Assembly (NCBI GenBank): GCA_965552055.1
Contig: CBEVQO010000005.1
Location: 1-64,000, forward strand
Reading direction: 5' to 3'
DNA length: 64,000 nucleotides
Origin: an uncultured bacterium
GTDB taxonomy: Bacteria; Hydrothermota; UBA3073; NMUJ01; CBEVQO01
The notes under the pieces were generated by a model. It was not told the DNA's origin, did not search any database, and saw only the letters and a list, made by a program, of their open reading frames with translations. Positions 9,928-19,890 of the stretch are shown piece after piece. Made by a program: the position numbers and the translations under genes. Every line of letters begins with the position of its first letter. Positions within the stretch are counted from its first letter, which is position 1.

Positions 9928-11006
9928 GGTCTGAAAAGTCCTCTAAATTCCCTGAGTTTAAATTTGGGTGGATTTAAAACAATGGTATCGCCTTCTGCGA
10001 GTCCCTCTTTTATCTCAACATTTAAATCATCTTCCAGTCCTGTAATAACCGGTTGAGGATATGGTTTGCCATTTACAATTTTCAAAACAAATTTCTTTCC
10101 ATCTCTCTTTATGATGGCAGATTTTGGAATTAAAAGTACATTTCTTGCCTCTCCACAAATTATATCAACATCTGCTGTCATACCTGGTTTTATCAAAGAA
10201 TCAGCATCAAGGATTTCTATCTCTACTGGAAAAACGACGATGTTTTGTTCTGCCCTGCCACTAACAGATACTTTCTTAACTTTTCCGTGATAAACTTTCC
10301 CTTTTATAGCATCAAAATAAATTTTTACATCTTCGCCTTCTTTTACCTTTGTAATATCAATCTCATTCACATTTACCTTCACTATCATTTTTGATAGATT
10401 TGCAATTTTCATGAGAATCGTTCCTTCGCCAAATGCCCTTGTGCTCGATGTTATAATCTCGCCTTCTTCAACATTGAGGTCTATCACCACACCTGAAACA
10501 GGCGCTCTTATCACCACATAATCCAGATTCTTCGAATTTAGATTTGTATCTATTTTGGTGCATAACAAAATTTCAAGATTTTTCTTCGCAAATTCATAAT
10601 TTATTTTACAATTTTCATAATATTTTTGGGTTTCCTCAAATTCTTTTTGGGATATAAAACCTTTTTCAAATAATCTCTTTTTCCTTTCGAAATCTCTTTT
10701 TGCGATATTCAATTCTATTTTTGCACGATTTAAATTTGCCCATGCTTCTGCGACCTGACGGCGAAGAGAACTTTCAAGTAAAAGAATGCAAAGAGTGTCA
10801 CCCTCTTTAACTGCATCCCCTTCTTCAACATATAATTTTTTAATCTCTCCTGATAAATCGGATTTTATGCGAACCTGGCTGAATGGCTCTACTTTACCGC
10901 TTTCCGTTACTTTTATCACGATATCACCGCGATGTACAACGGCTTTATCGGGCTTCCACTTAATTTTTGGAGTGACGAGAAACAAAAGTAGAAAAATTTT
11001 ACTCAT
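9918..11006 (-). CDS. MacA-like periplasmic adaptor (membrane fusion protein)
   Basis: Lipoyl/alpha-hairpin pattern (VEEGDAVKEGD, IRAPVSGVV, IKPGMTA); lies between tolC-like and macB genes. Confidence 0.88.
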   Translation of the reverse strand: MSKIFLLLFLVTPKIKWKPDKAVVHRGDIVIKVTESGKVEPFSQVRIKSDLSGEIKKLYVEEGDAVKEGDTLCILLLESSLRRQVAEAWANLNRAKIELNIAKRDFERKKRLFEKGFISQKEFEETQKYYENCKINYEFAKKNLEILLCTKIDTNLNSKNLDYVVIRAPVSGVVIDLNVEEGEIITSSTRAFGEGTILMKIANLSKMIVKVNVNEIDITKVKEGEDVKIYFDAIKGKVYHGKVKKVSVSGRAEQNIVVFPVEIEILDADSLIKPGMTADVDIICGEARNVLLIPKSAIIKRDGKKFVLKIVNGKPYPQPVITGLEDDLNVEIKEGLAEGDTIVLNPPKFKLREFRGLFRPWR

Positions 11007-12183
11007 GTAACCTCCCTATTAATGCATAAAGTTTATATTTCTTTGTAAGATAATCAAAGATTGCTTCTGTGTAATCAATCTGGCTTTCAAGTAAAAATAT
11101 CCCTGCGTCTTTCAAATCAAGAAAAGATGAAAGCCCTTCTTTATACATTTCGAGTGTCCTATCGTAATTTGTTTTTGCTGATAAAACTTTCTTTTCCATA
11201 ATTTCAACATTTTCGGATGCAGTTATTAAATTTGTATAAATCTTCTGTATCTCCAGAATTATTTCTTTCTTTGTTTTCTCATATTCCAGTTTTGCATTTT
11301 TAAGATAAAGGTTATAAATATCTTTTTGACGCCATAATTTTCCCGCATCGAAAATTGTAAAGGTTAAGCCCAAAAATATTTTCCAGTCATTTTCTTTGTT
11401 CTCAACATCATAATCGTAATTTCCTGTGATTGTGAGGTTTGGCAATAAATCAATGATTTTCTGATAAAAATTAGCAGATTTTACTTTTATATTTGCTCTT
11501 GTATATCTTATTTCGGGATTTTGTTTCATTGCGAGCATTATGCATGTGTCAATGGGTGTTAACTTTTCCTTTTCGAATTTTATCTTTTTTATTGTGATTT
11601 TTTCCGAAAAAGGTAAATCCATTTTTAATTTCAGTTCCATTTCTGCGATTTTTACATTGTTTTGTGCTTCTTTTACTTTTATTTTTGCGGATAAATATTC
11701 GGATAGTGCTTTGAGTGAATCAATGGCAGGTCGCAAACCCGCCTCAATAAAGGATTTTATCATCTCATATTCAAATCTTTTTCTCTCAAGATTTTCTCTG
11801 TAAAGATTTAAAATTTCCTGTGCTTTTAAAAGATTAAAATATTTTTCGATTACATTTAATATCAAATTTTGTTTTGTTTTGAGATAATTTTGATACTGCA
11901 TATTTAAAAGATTTTTCTGTGCAACTATTTCAATTATATTTTTGCCACTATTAAAAGGGTTTACAGATAGATTTAAAGAAAGATTATGTGATGTATTTTC
12001 GGCGATATTATATCCGCCTGATAGTTCAATTTGAGGAGCAAAGTAAAATCTTTTGTTCCAGAGATTAAGTTTAGCTTCTCTAACATAATTTTTTGCAATT
12101 TTTATATCTTCAGCATTTTTGAGAGCAATTTTTATACATTGTGATAAATTTAAGGTATCCGTTATCAACATTATCAGTATCAC
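10999..12183 (-). CDS. TolC-family outer membrane efflux protein
   Basis: DTLNLSQCIKIALKN and duplicated OEP repeats. Probable start GTG 12183; the ORF-track extension overlaps the opposite gene. Confidence 0.8.
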   Translation of the reverse strand: MILIMLITDTLNLSQCIKIALKNAEDIKIAKNYVREAKLNLWNKRFYFAPQIELSGGYNIAENTSHNLSLNLSVNPFNSGKNIIEIVAQKNLLNMQYQNYLKTKQNLILNVIEKYFNLLKAQEILNLYRENLERKRFEYEMIKSFIEAGLRPAIDSLKALSEYLSAKIKVKEAQNNVKIAEMELKLKMDLPFSEKITIKKIKFEKEKLTPIDTCIMLAMKQNPEIRYTRANIKVKSANFYQKIIDLLPNLTITGNYDYDVENKENDWKIFLGLTFTIFDAGKLWRQKDIYNLYLKNAKLEYEKTKKEIILEIQKIYTNLITASENVEIMEKKVLSAKTNYDRTLEMYKEGLSSFLDLKDAGIFLLESQIDYTEAIFDYLTKKYKLYALIGRLHE

Positions 12184-12265
12184 ATAAGATAACGCAAAGG
12201 GTGAAAAATTTATTTCAAAAATTTTATTTTCTTGACAAATTAATACTTTACATAATAATAAGCTG

Positions 12266-12919
12266 ATGAACGCAGAGGAAAAATTTTGGGAGGCATTGAG
12301 AAGATTGATAGAAAGACAAGAGCAGGCAGAAAAGGAGACAGAAGCTCTCCGGGAAAGAATAGAGGAACTGCGGAGGAGGCAGGAGAAAACCGATGAGCAG
12401 ATAAGAAAAACGGATGAAGAGGTTAATAAATTGAGAGAATCCCAGAGGAAAACCGACGCACAGTTGAAAGATTTAATAAAAGCCGTGCATTCTGTGTCCA
12501 ATGGTTATGGCAGATTTGTTGAGGGGATAGTTTTCCCCTCGGCACTTGATACATTCAGGAAAATGGGCTATAAAATACTTGAGGCAAGCATCAGACAGGA
12601 GGTTTTCGATGACAACAGAAAAGTTACAGAGGTTGATAACTGGATAGAGGCGATGTTAAACGGCAGGAAATATCTGATAGTGGGAGAGGCGAAGACAACA
12701 TGCACATCCAATGATGTGAGAGAACACATAGAAAGATTACAAAAATTGAGAAAAATAGAGCGTTATAAAGAATACAGAATAATAGGTTTTGTATCAGCGA
12801 TAAATTATGAAAAAGGCGTTGAGAGATACATTTTGAAAAATGGGCTATATCTTTTCAGAGTATCAGATGATGTAATGATACTCGATGTCCCCCCTGATTT
12901 TAAACCAAAAGAGTATTAA
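12266..12919 (+). CDS. Coiled-coil plus PD-(D/E)XK nuclease-like protein (DUF3782-like)
   Basis: Heptad N-terminus (QEKTDEQIRKTDEE), then GYGRFVE..EVD..VGEAK. Confidence 0.7.
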   Translation: MNAEEKFWEALRRLIERQEQAEKETEALRERIEELRRRQEKTDEQIRKTDEEVNKLRESQRKTDAQLKDLIKAVHSVSNGYGRFVEGIVFPSALDTFRKMGYKILEASIRQEVFDDNRKVTEVDNWIEAMLNGRKYLIVGEAKTTCTSNDVREHIERLQKLRKIERYKEYRIIGFVSAINYEKGVERYILKNGLYLFRVSDDVMILDVPPDFKPKEY

Positions 12920-14022
12920 CCCAATTTCTTAATCGCAAAAAAGAGCACTGGGTCTGTTATCGAATATCTTTTCTCTTTCTTTTCAATAAAGCCAGCGTTT
13001 TGCAGATTTTTCAACAAATTAGACAAATTCTTATCTGTTATTTTTTCTCCATTTAATTTGAGATAATTTTTTATCTTTCCCCATGTATCAAATTCTCTGC
13101 TAATTGCGTGCATTATTAGTTTATATCTTTTTTCAGCCTGGAAATGCAGTTTTAAAAATCTTTTAAACTCAGATAAAGAGAGATTTCCTGCTTCTTCCAG
13201 CACTTTATCGACATCTTCTTTTTTCAAAATCTTTTTGTTTCTTGTGCTCCAGCCAAGATATGCAAGCCAGCCAACTATTCCGTTCAACTTACTTACCGCA
13301 TATTCGATGAACTCTTCGGATGGACTGATTCCAAACTGTCTGTATCCTTTAATTAAAAATTTTTTGGCAAGGGAATGAGAAAGGGGCAAAAGATTAATTT
13401 CATCAATCACTCTGCCATATAGAGGAGCCTCTGGATTATGCACTTGTAAAAATTGATAAAGCAAACCAACTTCAGAACCTGTCAGCACAACGCATAAATT
13501 TTTAAGATTATCATAGATGTATGCAAAAATTTTATCCATGCGATACTTAACAAAACGCCGTAGTTCCTGCGCTTCGTCAAAAATCAATAAAAGGCGTGTA
13601 GCCTTTTTATTCGCAATGTCATTTAATTTTTCGAAAATATCGATGAAGTCGAGTTTTTTATCATCAAATTCTACAGAAATTCCATAAAAAGAAATTCCTT
13701 TCACTTTTTGCAAAATATCAATAAAAATTTTTCGCCAGCCTGCATTTCTCTTTATGAAGGTGTCTATTGAATTACAAAGTTCAAGTAAAAAACTCCTTTT
13801 GTCGATTAAGCCTTCAGATGGTAGCCTCCCGCAATCAAATACAATTCCTTTTAATTTATAAGAGTTTAAGGCAGTAAGTAAAAGCGAAGTTTTACCAGTT
13901 CGCCTCAAACCTTTTATGATGAAAAGAGGAGAGGATAAAGCAAATTCCCTAAATTTTTTCAATTCATCTTCCCTGTCAAAAAAATCTTTTCTATTTACCT
14001 TGGGTCTCGGGTCAAAATACAT
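12916..14022 (-). CDS. Archaeal-type ATPase with C-terminal winged HTH
   Basis: MYFDPRPK..FFDRE.E, Walker A GLRRTGKTS, Walker B IFDEAQ, LTGSEVG, YSITDPVL. Confidence 0.85.
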   Translation of the reverse strand: MYFDPRPKVNRKDFFDREDELKKFREFALSSPLFIIKGLRRTGKTSLLLTALNSYKLKGIVFDCGRLPSEGLIDKRSFLLELCNSIDTFIKRNAGWRKIFIDILQKVKGISFYGISVEFDDKKLDFIDIFEKLNDIANKKATRLLLIFDEAQELRRFVKYRMDKIFAYIYDNLKNLCVVLTGSEVGLLYQFLQVHNPEAPLYGRVIDEINLLPLSHSLAKKFLIKGYRQFGISPSEEFIEYAVSKLNGIVGWLAYLGWSTRNKKILKKEDVDKVLEEAGNLSLSEFKRFLKLHFQAEKRYKLIMHAISREFDTWGKIKNYLKLNGEKITDKNLSNLLKNLQNAGFIEKKEKRYSITDPVLFFAIKKLG

Positions 14023-14079
14023 ACTACCCCCTGGTAGTTACTACCACCTGATAGTATATTCGAAATGTCATTATGTCAA
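14023..14079 (-). promoter_or_regulatory. Promoter TTGACA-N15-TATACT plus two tandem palindromic operators
   Basis: ACTACCccctGGTAGT (14023-14038) and ACTACCacctGATAGT (14040-14055); -35 at 14074-14079, -10 at 14053-14058. Confidence 0.6.
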
Positions 14080-14423
14080 TAAATTTTAAACAAATGGGAT
14101 TTACATCTACAATCAGATGAGCCAAAGTTTTCAACACAATCAAAATATTTTGCCAGATTTTGGGCAATTTTACATTCGAAAGATTTTTCATTTGTCTCAA
14201 TACAAAAAGCACAGATAGGAACTGCTTTTCTCAAAAGGTAATCGATATGCCAGTGCAATTTCTTATCCCGTGAAAAATGCCTTTTAATACGAGGAAATAA
14301 ACCCTGTAATGCCGACCCCACATATACATAAAAACCTTTTTCAAAAAAGATTTCACCAAGTTTCCCTATTTTTATCCTCTGAGAGACAGGAAGCCAGATT
14401 AAAAGAGCATAAACGCCTTTTAT
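14076..14423 (-). CDS. DUF123 / GIY-YIG family nuclease
   Basis: KGVYALLI..IGKLG..GFYVYVGSA..RIKRH..LHWHIDYLL..FGSSDCRCKSHL. Family-like N-terminus extends to an ATA codon at 14423. Confidence 0.8.
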   Translation of the reverse strand: MKGVYALLIWLPVSQRIKIGKLGEIFFEKGFYVYVGSALQGLFPRIKRHFSRDKKLHWHIDYLLRKAVPICAFCIETNEKSFECKIAQNLAKYFDCVENFGSSDCRCKSHLFKIY

Positions 14424-15742
14424 TTTTTCTCCTTTTTCCTCTTCATTATCACCGATTTACCGTATTTGAAAAGGTGTACAAGAGGACGATGGGCAGGACA
14501 CTGGAAAGCACAGCATCCACATTCAATGCAGTCAAGCAAGCCCCATTCTTCTGCTTCATCAAATTTGCCTTTCTCAACAAAGTCAGCAATATAAACAGGA
14601 GTAAGATGCATCGGACAAACTTCAAGACAACATCCACATCTTATACAATTGGTTTCATGTGGTAGATATACATTTTGAATACTTTGAACAAGAATACCAG
14701 ATGTGCCTTTCACTACGGGTACTTCATCCGATGCCTGAGCTATACCCATCATGGGACCGCCCATTATCACTTTGCCCGGTGTGTCTATGTATCCTTCACA
14801 AAAATCAATCAAGTCTTTAAACAAAGTGCCAATTCTACAAATTAAATTTTTGGGATTTATAACATCACCTGTTACTGTGATAGCACGCTCGACAAGTGGC
14901 TTTCCATATTTGCATGCTTCATAAATCGCAATGCATGTGCCTACATTTTGCACATAACAGCCGATGTGAAAGGGAAGACCACCAGATGGCACCTCACGCC
15001 CAGTTATCGCTTTAATGAGCTGTTTTTCCGCACCCTGGGGATATTTTGTTTTCAAAACTTTTATTTCAAAGCCATCGTCTTCTTTCAATTCGTTTTCCAT
15101 CACTTTTATTGCTTCTGGTTTATTATCTTCAATTGCTATGTAGCCTTTTTTTGCATTGAGAGCACGCATTATGAGTTTGCCACCTTCGATGATTTCTCTT
15201 GGACGCTCAAGCATCAATCTGTAATCACAGGTAAGATAAGGCTCGCATTCACATCCATTTAAGATTACGATTTCAACGGGATATTCAGGTGGGGGAGAGA
15301 GTTTCACATGGGTGGGAAATGCAGCACCACCGAGACCAACGATACCTGCTTCTTTAACTGCCTCAACAATATCTTTTGGCGAAAGTTTATCCGTATCTCT
15401 CTCTGTGAGGGAAATCCATTCATCTTTTTCATCGCTTTCGATTATGCACGATAAAACTTCCCGGCCAAGTACGGGATGGGGATAGGGGGCAACATCTATC
15501 ACTTTGCCAGATATTGTAGCGTGAATGTTAGCAGAGATAAATCCTTGCAGTTCACCTATTTTTTGACCTGTTTTAACTACATCGCCTTTTTTCACGAGTG
15601 GTTTGGCAGGTGCACCTGTATGCTGTGAGAATGGTATTACAACTTTCTTTGGCAGGGGTGCTTTCTCCAGTTTGCTGTCTTTTGTAATTTTACATTCTGG
15701 TGGATGGACACCTCCTTTAAATGATAGTTTACCCATCATCAC
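14420..15742 (-). CDS. rnfC: Rnf electron transport complex subunit C
   Basis: FKGGVHP, GIVGLGGAAFPTHVKL, NGCECEPYLTCD, KYPQGAEKQL, two 4Fe-4S motifs. Confidence 0.93.
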   Translation of the reverse strand: MMMGKLSFKGGVHPPECKITKDSKLEKAPLPKKVVIPFSQHTGAPAKPLVKKGDVVKTGQKIGELQGFISANIHATISGKVIDVAPYPHPVLGREVLSCIIESDEKDEWISLTERDTDKLSPKDIVEAVKEAGIVGLGGAAFPTHVKLSPPPEYPVEIVILNGCECEPYLTCDYRLMLERPREIIEGGKLIMRALNAKKGYIAIEDNKPEAIKVMENELKEDDGFEIKVLKTKYPQGAEKQLIKAITGREVPSGGLPFHIGCYVQNVGTCIAIYEACKYGKPLVERAITVTGDVINPKNLICRIGTLFKDLIDFCEGYIDTPGKVIMGGPMMGIAQASDEVPVVKGTSGILVQSIQNVYLPHETNCIRCGCCLEVCPMHLTPVYIADFVEKGKFDEAEEWGLLDCIECGCCAFQCPAHRPLVHLFKYGKSVIMKRKKEKK

Positions 15743-15746
15743 CTCA

Positions 15747-15814
15747 CATTTCTATAAACTTAATCAATATACAGGTATGTCAACAATTTTTAGCCCCGCC
15801 TCCCTATCCCCACC
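15747..15814. repeat. Left direct repeat flanking the Pho cluster (rnfC promoter plus element tail)
   Basis: Matches 24551-24617 with 3 substitutions and 1 indel. Confidence 0.85.
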
Positions 15815-15893
15815 GCCCTCGTGCACACCCCTCCTTTCAGTCGGGGTGTTGACTCACAACCCGTATGTAATAAGCTCGGCTACGCCTCGCATT
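15787..15893 (-). repeat. Intergenic hairpin/G-rich element, copy 3
   Basis: Reverse strand: GCGAGGCGTAGCCGAGC..TTACATACGGGTT..GTCAACACCCCGACTGAAAGGAGGGGTGTGCACGAGGGCGGTGGGGATAGGGAGGCGGGGCTAAAAA. Confidence 0.9.
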
Positions 15894-15911
15894 AAAAATT
15901 TTAAAGCCGCT

Positions 15912-16568
15912 CTAATATTCACCTTTGTGGTGTTTTATGACTTTGCCTTCTACCATAAATATCACATCTTCACAGATGTTTGTAGATAAATCTCCTATGC
16001 GCTCTAATGCATGAGAAATTCTCAACAAATGCAGTGAGCGCTCGATGGTAGATGGGTCCGAACACATATAAGTAATTAGCTCTCTTAAAATCTGCTCACC
16101 TAAATTATCAACAATTTCATCACTCTGGCACACTATCCTGGCCTTCTCTGTATCTTCGTTTATAAAAGAATCTATGGCTTTCTTTAACATATTTGTGGCT
16201 TCTTCAGCCATCCTTGGAATATCAATTAATGGTTTGACAGGCGGTCTTTCTATCAAAAACATGGCACTTTGTGATATATTTACTGCTAAATCGCCGATCC
16301 TCTCTAAATCGTTATTCATTTTTAAAATCATAAGAATAGTTCTTAAATTTTTTGCCTCTGGCTGATACAGGGCGATTAAATTTGTGCATAATTCATCTAA
16401 TTCTATCTCAAATTCATTCATCTTTGGTTCATATTCTTCTATTACTTCTTTTAAAATTTCTTTCCTTTTTTCAATAAGTCCTTTGATTGACTTTCTAACC
16501 ATATCTTCAGCCAGTCCTGCCATCTCAATTAATTTCTTTTTTAATATATTGATTTTTTCTGCAAGCAT
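15912..16568 (-). CDS. phoU: Phosphate signalling protein PhoU
   Basis: QPEAKNLR, NDLERIGDLAVNI, ALERIGDLSTNICE. Confidence 0.95.
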   Translation of the reverse strand: MLAEKINILKKKLIEMAGLAEDMVRKSIKGLIEKRKEILKEVIEEYEPKMNEFEIELDELCTNLIALYQPEAKNLRTILMILKMNNDLERIGDLAVNISQSAMFLIERPPVKPLIDIPRMAEEATNMLKKAIDSFINEDTEKARIVCQSDEIVDNLGEQILRELITYMCSDPSTIERSLHLLRISHALERIGDLSTNICEDVIFMVEGKVIKHHKGEY

Positions 16569-16577
16569 ATCACCTCC

Positions 16578-17333
16578 TTATCCAAATTTACCCATTAGAT
16601 AATCTTCTGTACGCTTATCCCTGGGTCTTGTAAATACTTCTTCAGTTGGACCATATTCTATAAACTCTCCATGCATAAGAAATGCTACATAGTCAGATAC
16701 TCTTGCTGCTTGTTGAATATTGTGAGTTACGATAATTATTGTATATTTATTTTTCAAGTTTTCAAGTAATTCTTCGAGTTTCGCAGTAGCTATTGGGTCT
16801 AAAGCAGATGCAGGTTCATCAAGTAGTATTATTTCGGGCTCAACAGCCAGTGCCCTTGCTATACAAAGTCGTTGCTGCTGACCACCTGAAAGTGCGAGTG
16901 CAGAAGTATGTAATCTATCTTTAACTTCATCGAAAAGATTAGCATCTATCAGTGCCTTCTCAACCCTTTCCTGTAATTCTCTTTTATTTTTAACTCCATG
17001 AATTTTTAGTCCATATGCCACATTCTCAAATATTGATTTGGGTAAAGGATTGGGCTTCTGGAATACCATGCCTACTCGTTTGCGAAGCTCATACACATCG
17101 ATGTCATCAGAATATATATCTTTGCCGTCAATAAGAATTTGTCCCTCTACTCTTGCATCATCAATTAAATCTATCATTCGGTTGATGCATCTTAGAAAAG
17201 TAGATTTACCACAGCCAGATGGTCCCATTATCGCAGTTATCTTATTTTCCTTTATAGATATGTTATTATTAACCAAAACATGTTTATCCCCGTACCATAC
17301 ATTTAAATTCTTAACGATTATTTTGTCTACCAT
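16578..17333 (-). CDS. pstB: Phosphate ABC transporter ATPase
   Basis: [42 protein letters not shown]. Confidence 0.96.
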   Translation of the reverse strand: MVDKIIVKNLNVWYGDKHVLVNNNISIKENKITAIMGPSGCGKSTFLRCINRMIDLIDDARVEGQILIDGKDIYSDDIDVYELRKRVGMVFQKPNPLPKSIFENVAYGLKIHGVKNKRELQERVEKALIDANLFDEVKDRLHTSALALSGGQQQRLCIARALAVEPEIILLDEPASALDPIATAKLEELLENLKNKYTIIIVTHNIQQAARVSDYVAFLMHGEFIEYGPTEEVFTRPRDKRTEDYLMGKFG

Positions 17334-18172
17334 TTCTTTCTTCTTCTTTTTATTCTTATTAGTATAGCTGTTAAGTTTATTCCCACAACGAGTATAAGGA
17401 GCACAAGAGCAGTTCCGTAAGCGATAGGCACCTGCAAATCGGGTTTCGTTCCTTCTGTCATCAATGCATAAATATGGTAGGGTAATGCCATTACTTCATC
17501 GAATATTGACCTTGGTAATCTTCTTGTATAAAAAGTAGCGGCTGTGAATAAAATAGGTGCTGTTTCACCTGCTGCTCGCCCTATCCCGAGTATAACACCT
17601 GTTAATATACCGGGCATAGCATTGGGAAGGACAACATGGGTTATCGTTTGCCATTTTGTCGCACCCAGTGCATAAGATGCCTCCATGAATGTTTGAGGCA
17701 CAGTAAGAATAGCCTCTTCACTTGCTCTTATTATCGTGGGTAATATAAGCATCCCTAATGTCAGTGCTCCTGCAAGGATTGATACTCCAAATTTAAACAA
17801 TTTTACAAAAACCGCAAGTCCAAAAAGCCCAAATACAACAGAAGGCGTACCGGCGAGTGTATTTATGCCTATTCTTATAATTCTTGTTAGTTTAGATGAT
17901 TTCGCGTATTCGGTTAGATAAACGGCACTCAAAACCCCTAAGGGTAAGGCAAAAAGTATCGCACCTACAGAAAGATAAAGTGTACCAATAATAGCAGGGA
18001 AAATGCCTCCTTTTGTCATGCCTTCTCTCGGGAAGTCAAAAATAAAATTTAAACTCAAAACTTTAAATCCACGAATAAAGATAAAAAAGAGTATTATAAA
18101 AAGAGAAAGAACCGCTATCAAGCATGCAAACCTGCACATCAAAAAACCTATATTTTGTTTAAATCTTCTCAT
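17327..18172 (-). CDS. pstA: Phosphate ABC transporter permease PstA
   Basis: [33 protein letters not shown]. Confidence 0.94.
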   Translation of the reverse strand: MRRFKQNIGFLMCRFACLIAVLSLFIILFFIFIRGFKVLSLNFIFDFPREGMTKGGIFPAIIGTLYLSVGAILFALPLGVLSAVYLTEYAKSSKLTRIIRIGINTLAGTPSVVFGLFGLAVFVKLFKFGVSILAGALTLGMLILPTIIRASEEAILTVPQTFMEASYALGATKWQTITHVVLPNAMPGILTGVILGIGRAAGETAPILFTAATFYTRRLPRSIFDEVMALPYHIYALMTEGTKPDLQVPIAYGTALVLLILVVGINLTAILIRIKRRRKKW

Positions 18173-19049
18173 AACCTTTTTCTTTTATGTAATTTGCCAA
18201 AATATTTAATCCCAGAGTTATTAAAAACAGTATTATGCTGATAGCGAATAGTGCGTGATAATGGGGACTTCCTACGGGTGCTTCTCCCATTTCTGCTGCA
18301 ATAGTCGCTGTCATAGGTCTAACGGGTTGTAAGAATGAATGCGGGATGACCGCTGCACCTCCTGCAACCATAAGCACAGTCATTGTCTCACCTATTGCCC
18401 TGCCAAGACCCAGAATAATGGCTCCTAAAATTCCTGATTTCGCAGAGGGTATGATTGCTCGCGTTAGCGTCTCCCATTTGGTTGCTCCCAATGCATATGA
18501 TGCCTCTTTTATTTCTTTTGGAACAGATGCTATAGCATCTTCTGCTATGCTGGTAATCGTTGGTAGTGCCATAATTCCAAGAAGACAAGACGCAGTAAAG
18601 GCGTTCAATCCCACAGGTATTTTAAAAAGCTTTTGTACAAATGGTGCAAAAACTACCATACCAAAGAAACCGTATATTACAGAAGGTATGCCCGCAAGAA
18701 GTTCTATCATCGGCTTTATAATTTCTCTAATTTTTGGATGACTCAATTCAGATATATATATTGCCGTGCCTATTCCAAGTGGAACGGCTACCATCATTGC
18801 ACCAAAAGTAACAATAAGTGAAGCCAGAATGAGTGGTAATATGCCGAACTCAGGTGGCTCATGGGTAGGATACCAGAACTTACCGAAAATGAATTTTACA
18901 GGATTTACTATTTTAAAAATTGGGAGTCCTTCTTTGAACAAAGAAATAGCAATTCCAAATAGAAAGATAATTGATAAAGAGGCACAGAAGCGAAGCATAT
19001 ATTCGATGAATTTTTCCTTCTTCAACATTTTATCACTCTTATCATTCAT
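18159..19049 (-). CDS. pstC: Phosphate ABC transporter permease PstC
   Basis: ELLAGIPSVIYG, GRAIGETMTV; start at 19049 or 19028. Confidence 0.94.
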   Translation of the reverse strand: MNDKSDKMLKKEKFIEYMLRFCASLSIIFLFGIAISLFKEGLPIFKIVNPVKFIFGKFWYPTHEPPEFGILPLILASLIVTFGAMMVAVPLGIGTAIYISELSHPKIREIIKPMIELLAGIPSVIYGFFGMVVFAPFVQKLFKIPVGLNAFTASCLLGIMALPTITSIAEDAIASVPKEIKEASYALGATKWETLTRAIIPSAKSGILGAIILGLGRAIGETMTVLMVAGGAAVIPHSFLQPVRPMTATIAAEMGEAPVGSPHYHALFAISIILFLITLGLNILANYIKEKGYEKI

Positions 19050-19878
19050 CTGTCGGCTTAACAGGAACAAATCCAGCTTCTTCAACTATCTTTTGTCCTT
19101 CTGGGTTCAGAACGAAATCAATAAACTCCTTCGCTAAGCCCTTTGGTTTTCCGTCCGTATAAAAATAAAGCGGTCTTGAGAGTTTGTATTCCCCTGATGC
19201 TACTGTCTTTTTAGTAGGCTTTACTCCATCAACTGTGAGTGCTTTAACTTTTGATGAAACATATCCGAGTCCCACATATCCTATAGCGCCAGGTGTCTTT
19301 TCCACAGTTGTAGCAACTGCCTTATTTGATGCTAGCATAAGCGCATCTGCTCTCGTCTTTGCACCTTTTAAAACCAGTTTTTTAAAAACTTCAAATGTGC
19401 CTGATGCTACATCTCTCGATATCACCACAATTCTGCCGGATTTACCGCCTACATCTTTCCAGTTGCTTATCTTACCGGTATAAATATCTCTTAATTGTGC
19501 CATAGTTATTTCTGACAGCGGGTTAGATGGATGCACGATAATAGCTATACCATCGCGTGCAATTACAGTAGCTACGGGATTTATACCTTTACTCCTTGCG
19601 GATTTAAGTTCTTTTGTTTTCATTGGTCTTGATGCCATAGCAATATCGCATGTTCCGTCAATAAGAGCAGCAATACCAACACCAGAGCCACCTCCTCTTA
19701 CACTTATATCCACATCAGGATGCTGTTCCATGAATTTTTCAGCGCATAATTGAGCGATTGGAAGTACTGTCGTTGAGCCAGTCAGCGTGAGAGTTTTTTT
19801 AGCGAATGCTGTCTCATACATGAGCACCTGTGCAGATATTACACCTGCACATACTATATTTTTGACCCATCCCTTCAT
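19042..19878 (-). CDS. pstS: Phosphate-binding periplasmic protein
   Basis: Signal peptide, GSTTVLP, GGGSGVG, ASR, SGTFEVF. Confidence 0.93.
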   Translation of the reverse strand: MKGWVKNIVCAGVISAQVLMYETAFAKKTLTLTGSTTVLPIAQLCAEKFMEQHPDVDISVRGGGSGVGIAALIDGTCDIAMASRPMKTKELKSARSKGINPVATVIARDGIAIIVHPSNPLSEITMAQLRDIYTGKISNWKDVGGKSGRIVVISRDVASGTFEVFKKLVLKGAKTRADALMLASNKAVATTVEKTPGAIGYVGLGYVSSKVKALTVDGVKPTKKTVASGEYKLSRPLYFYTDGKPKGLAKEFIDFVLNPEGQKIVEEAGFVPVKPTDE

Positions 19879-19890
19879 GCTACACCTCCC

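Noticed and set aside
12184..12501. N-terminal extension of the TolC ORF
   Set aside because: It is the antisense of the 12266 coiled-coil gene plus intergenic promoter DNA.
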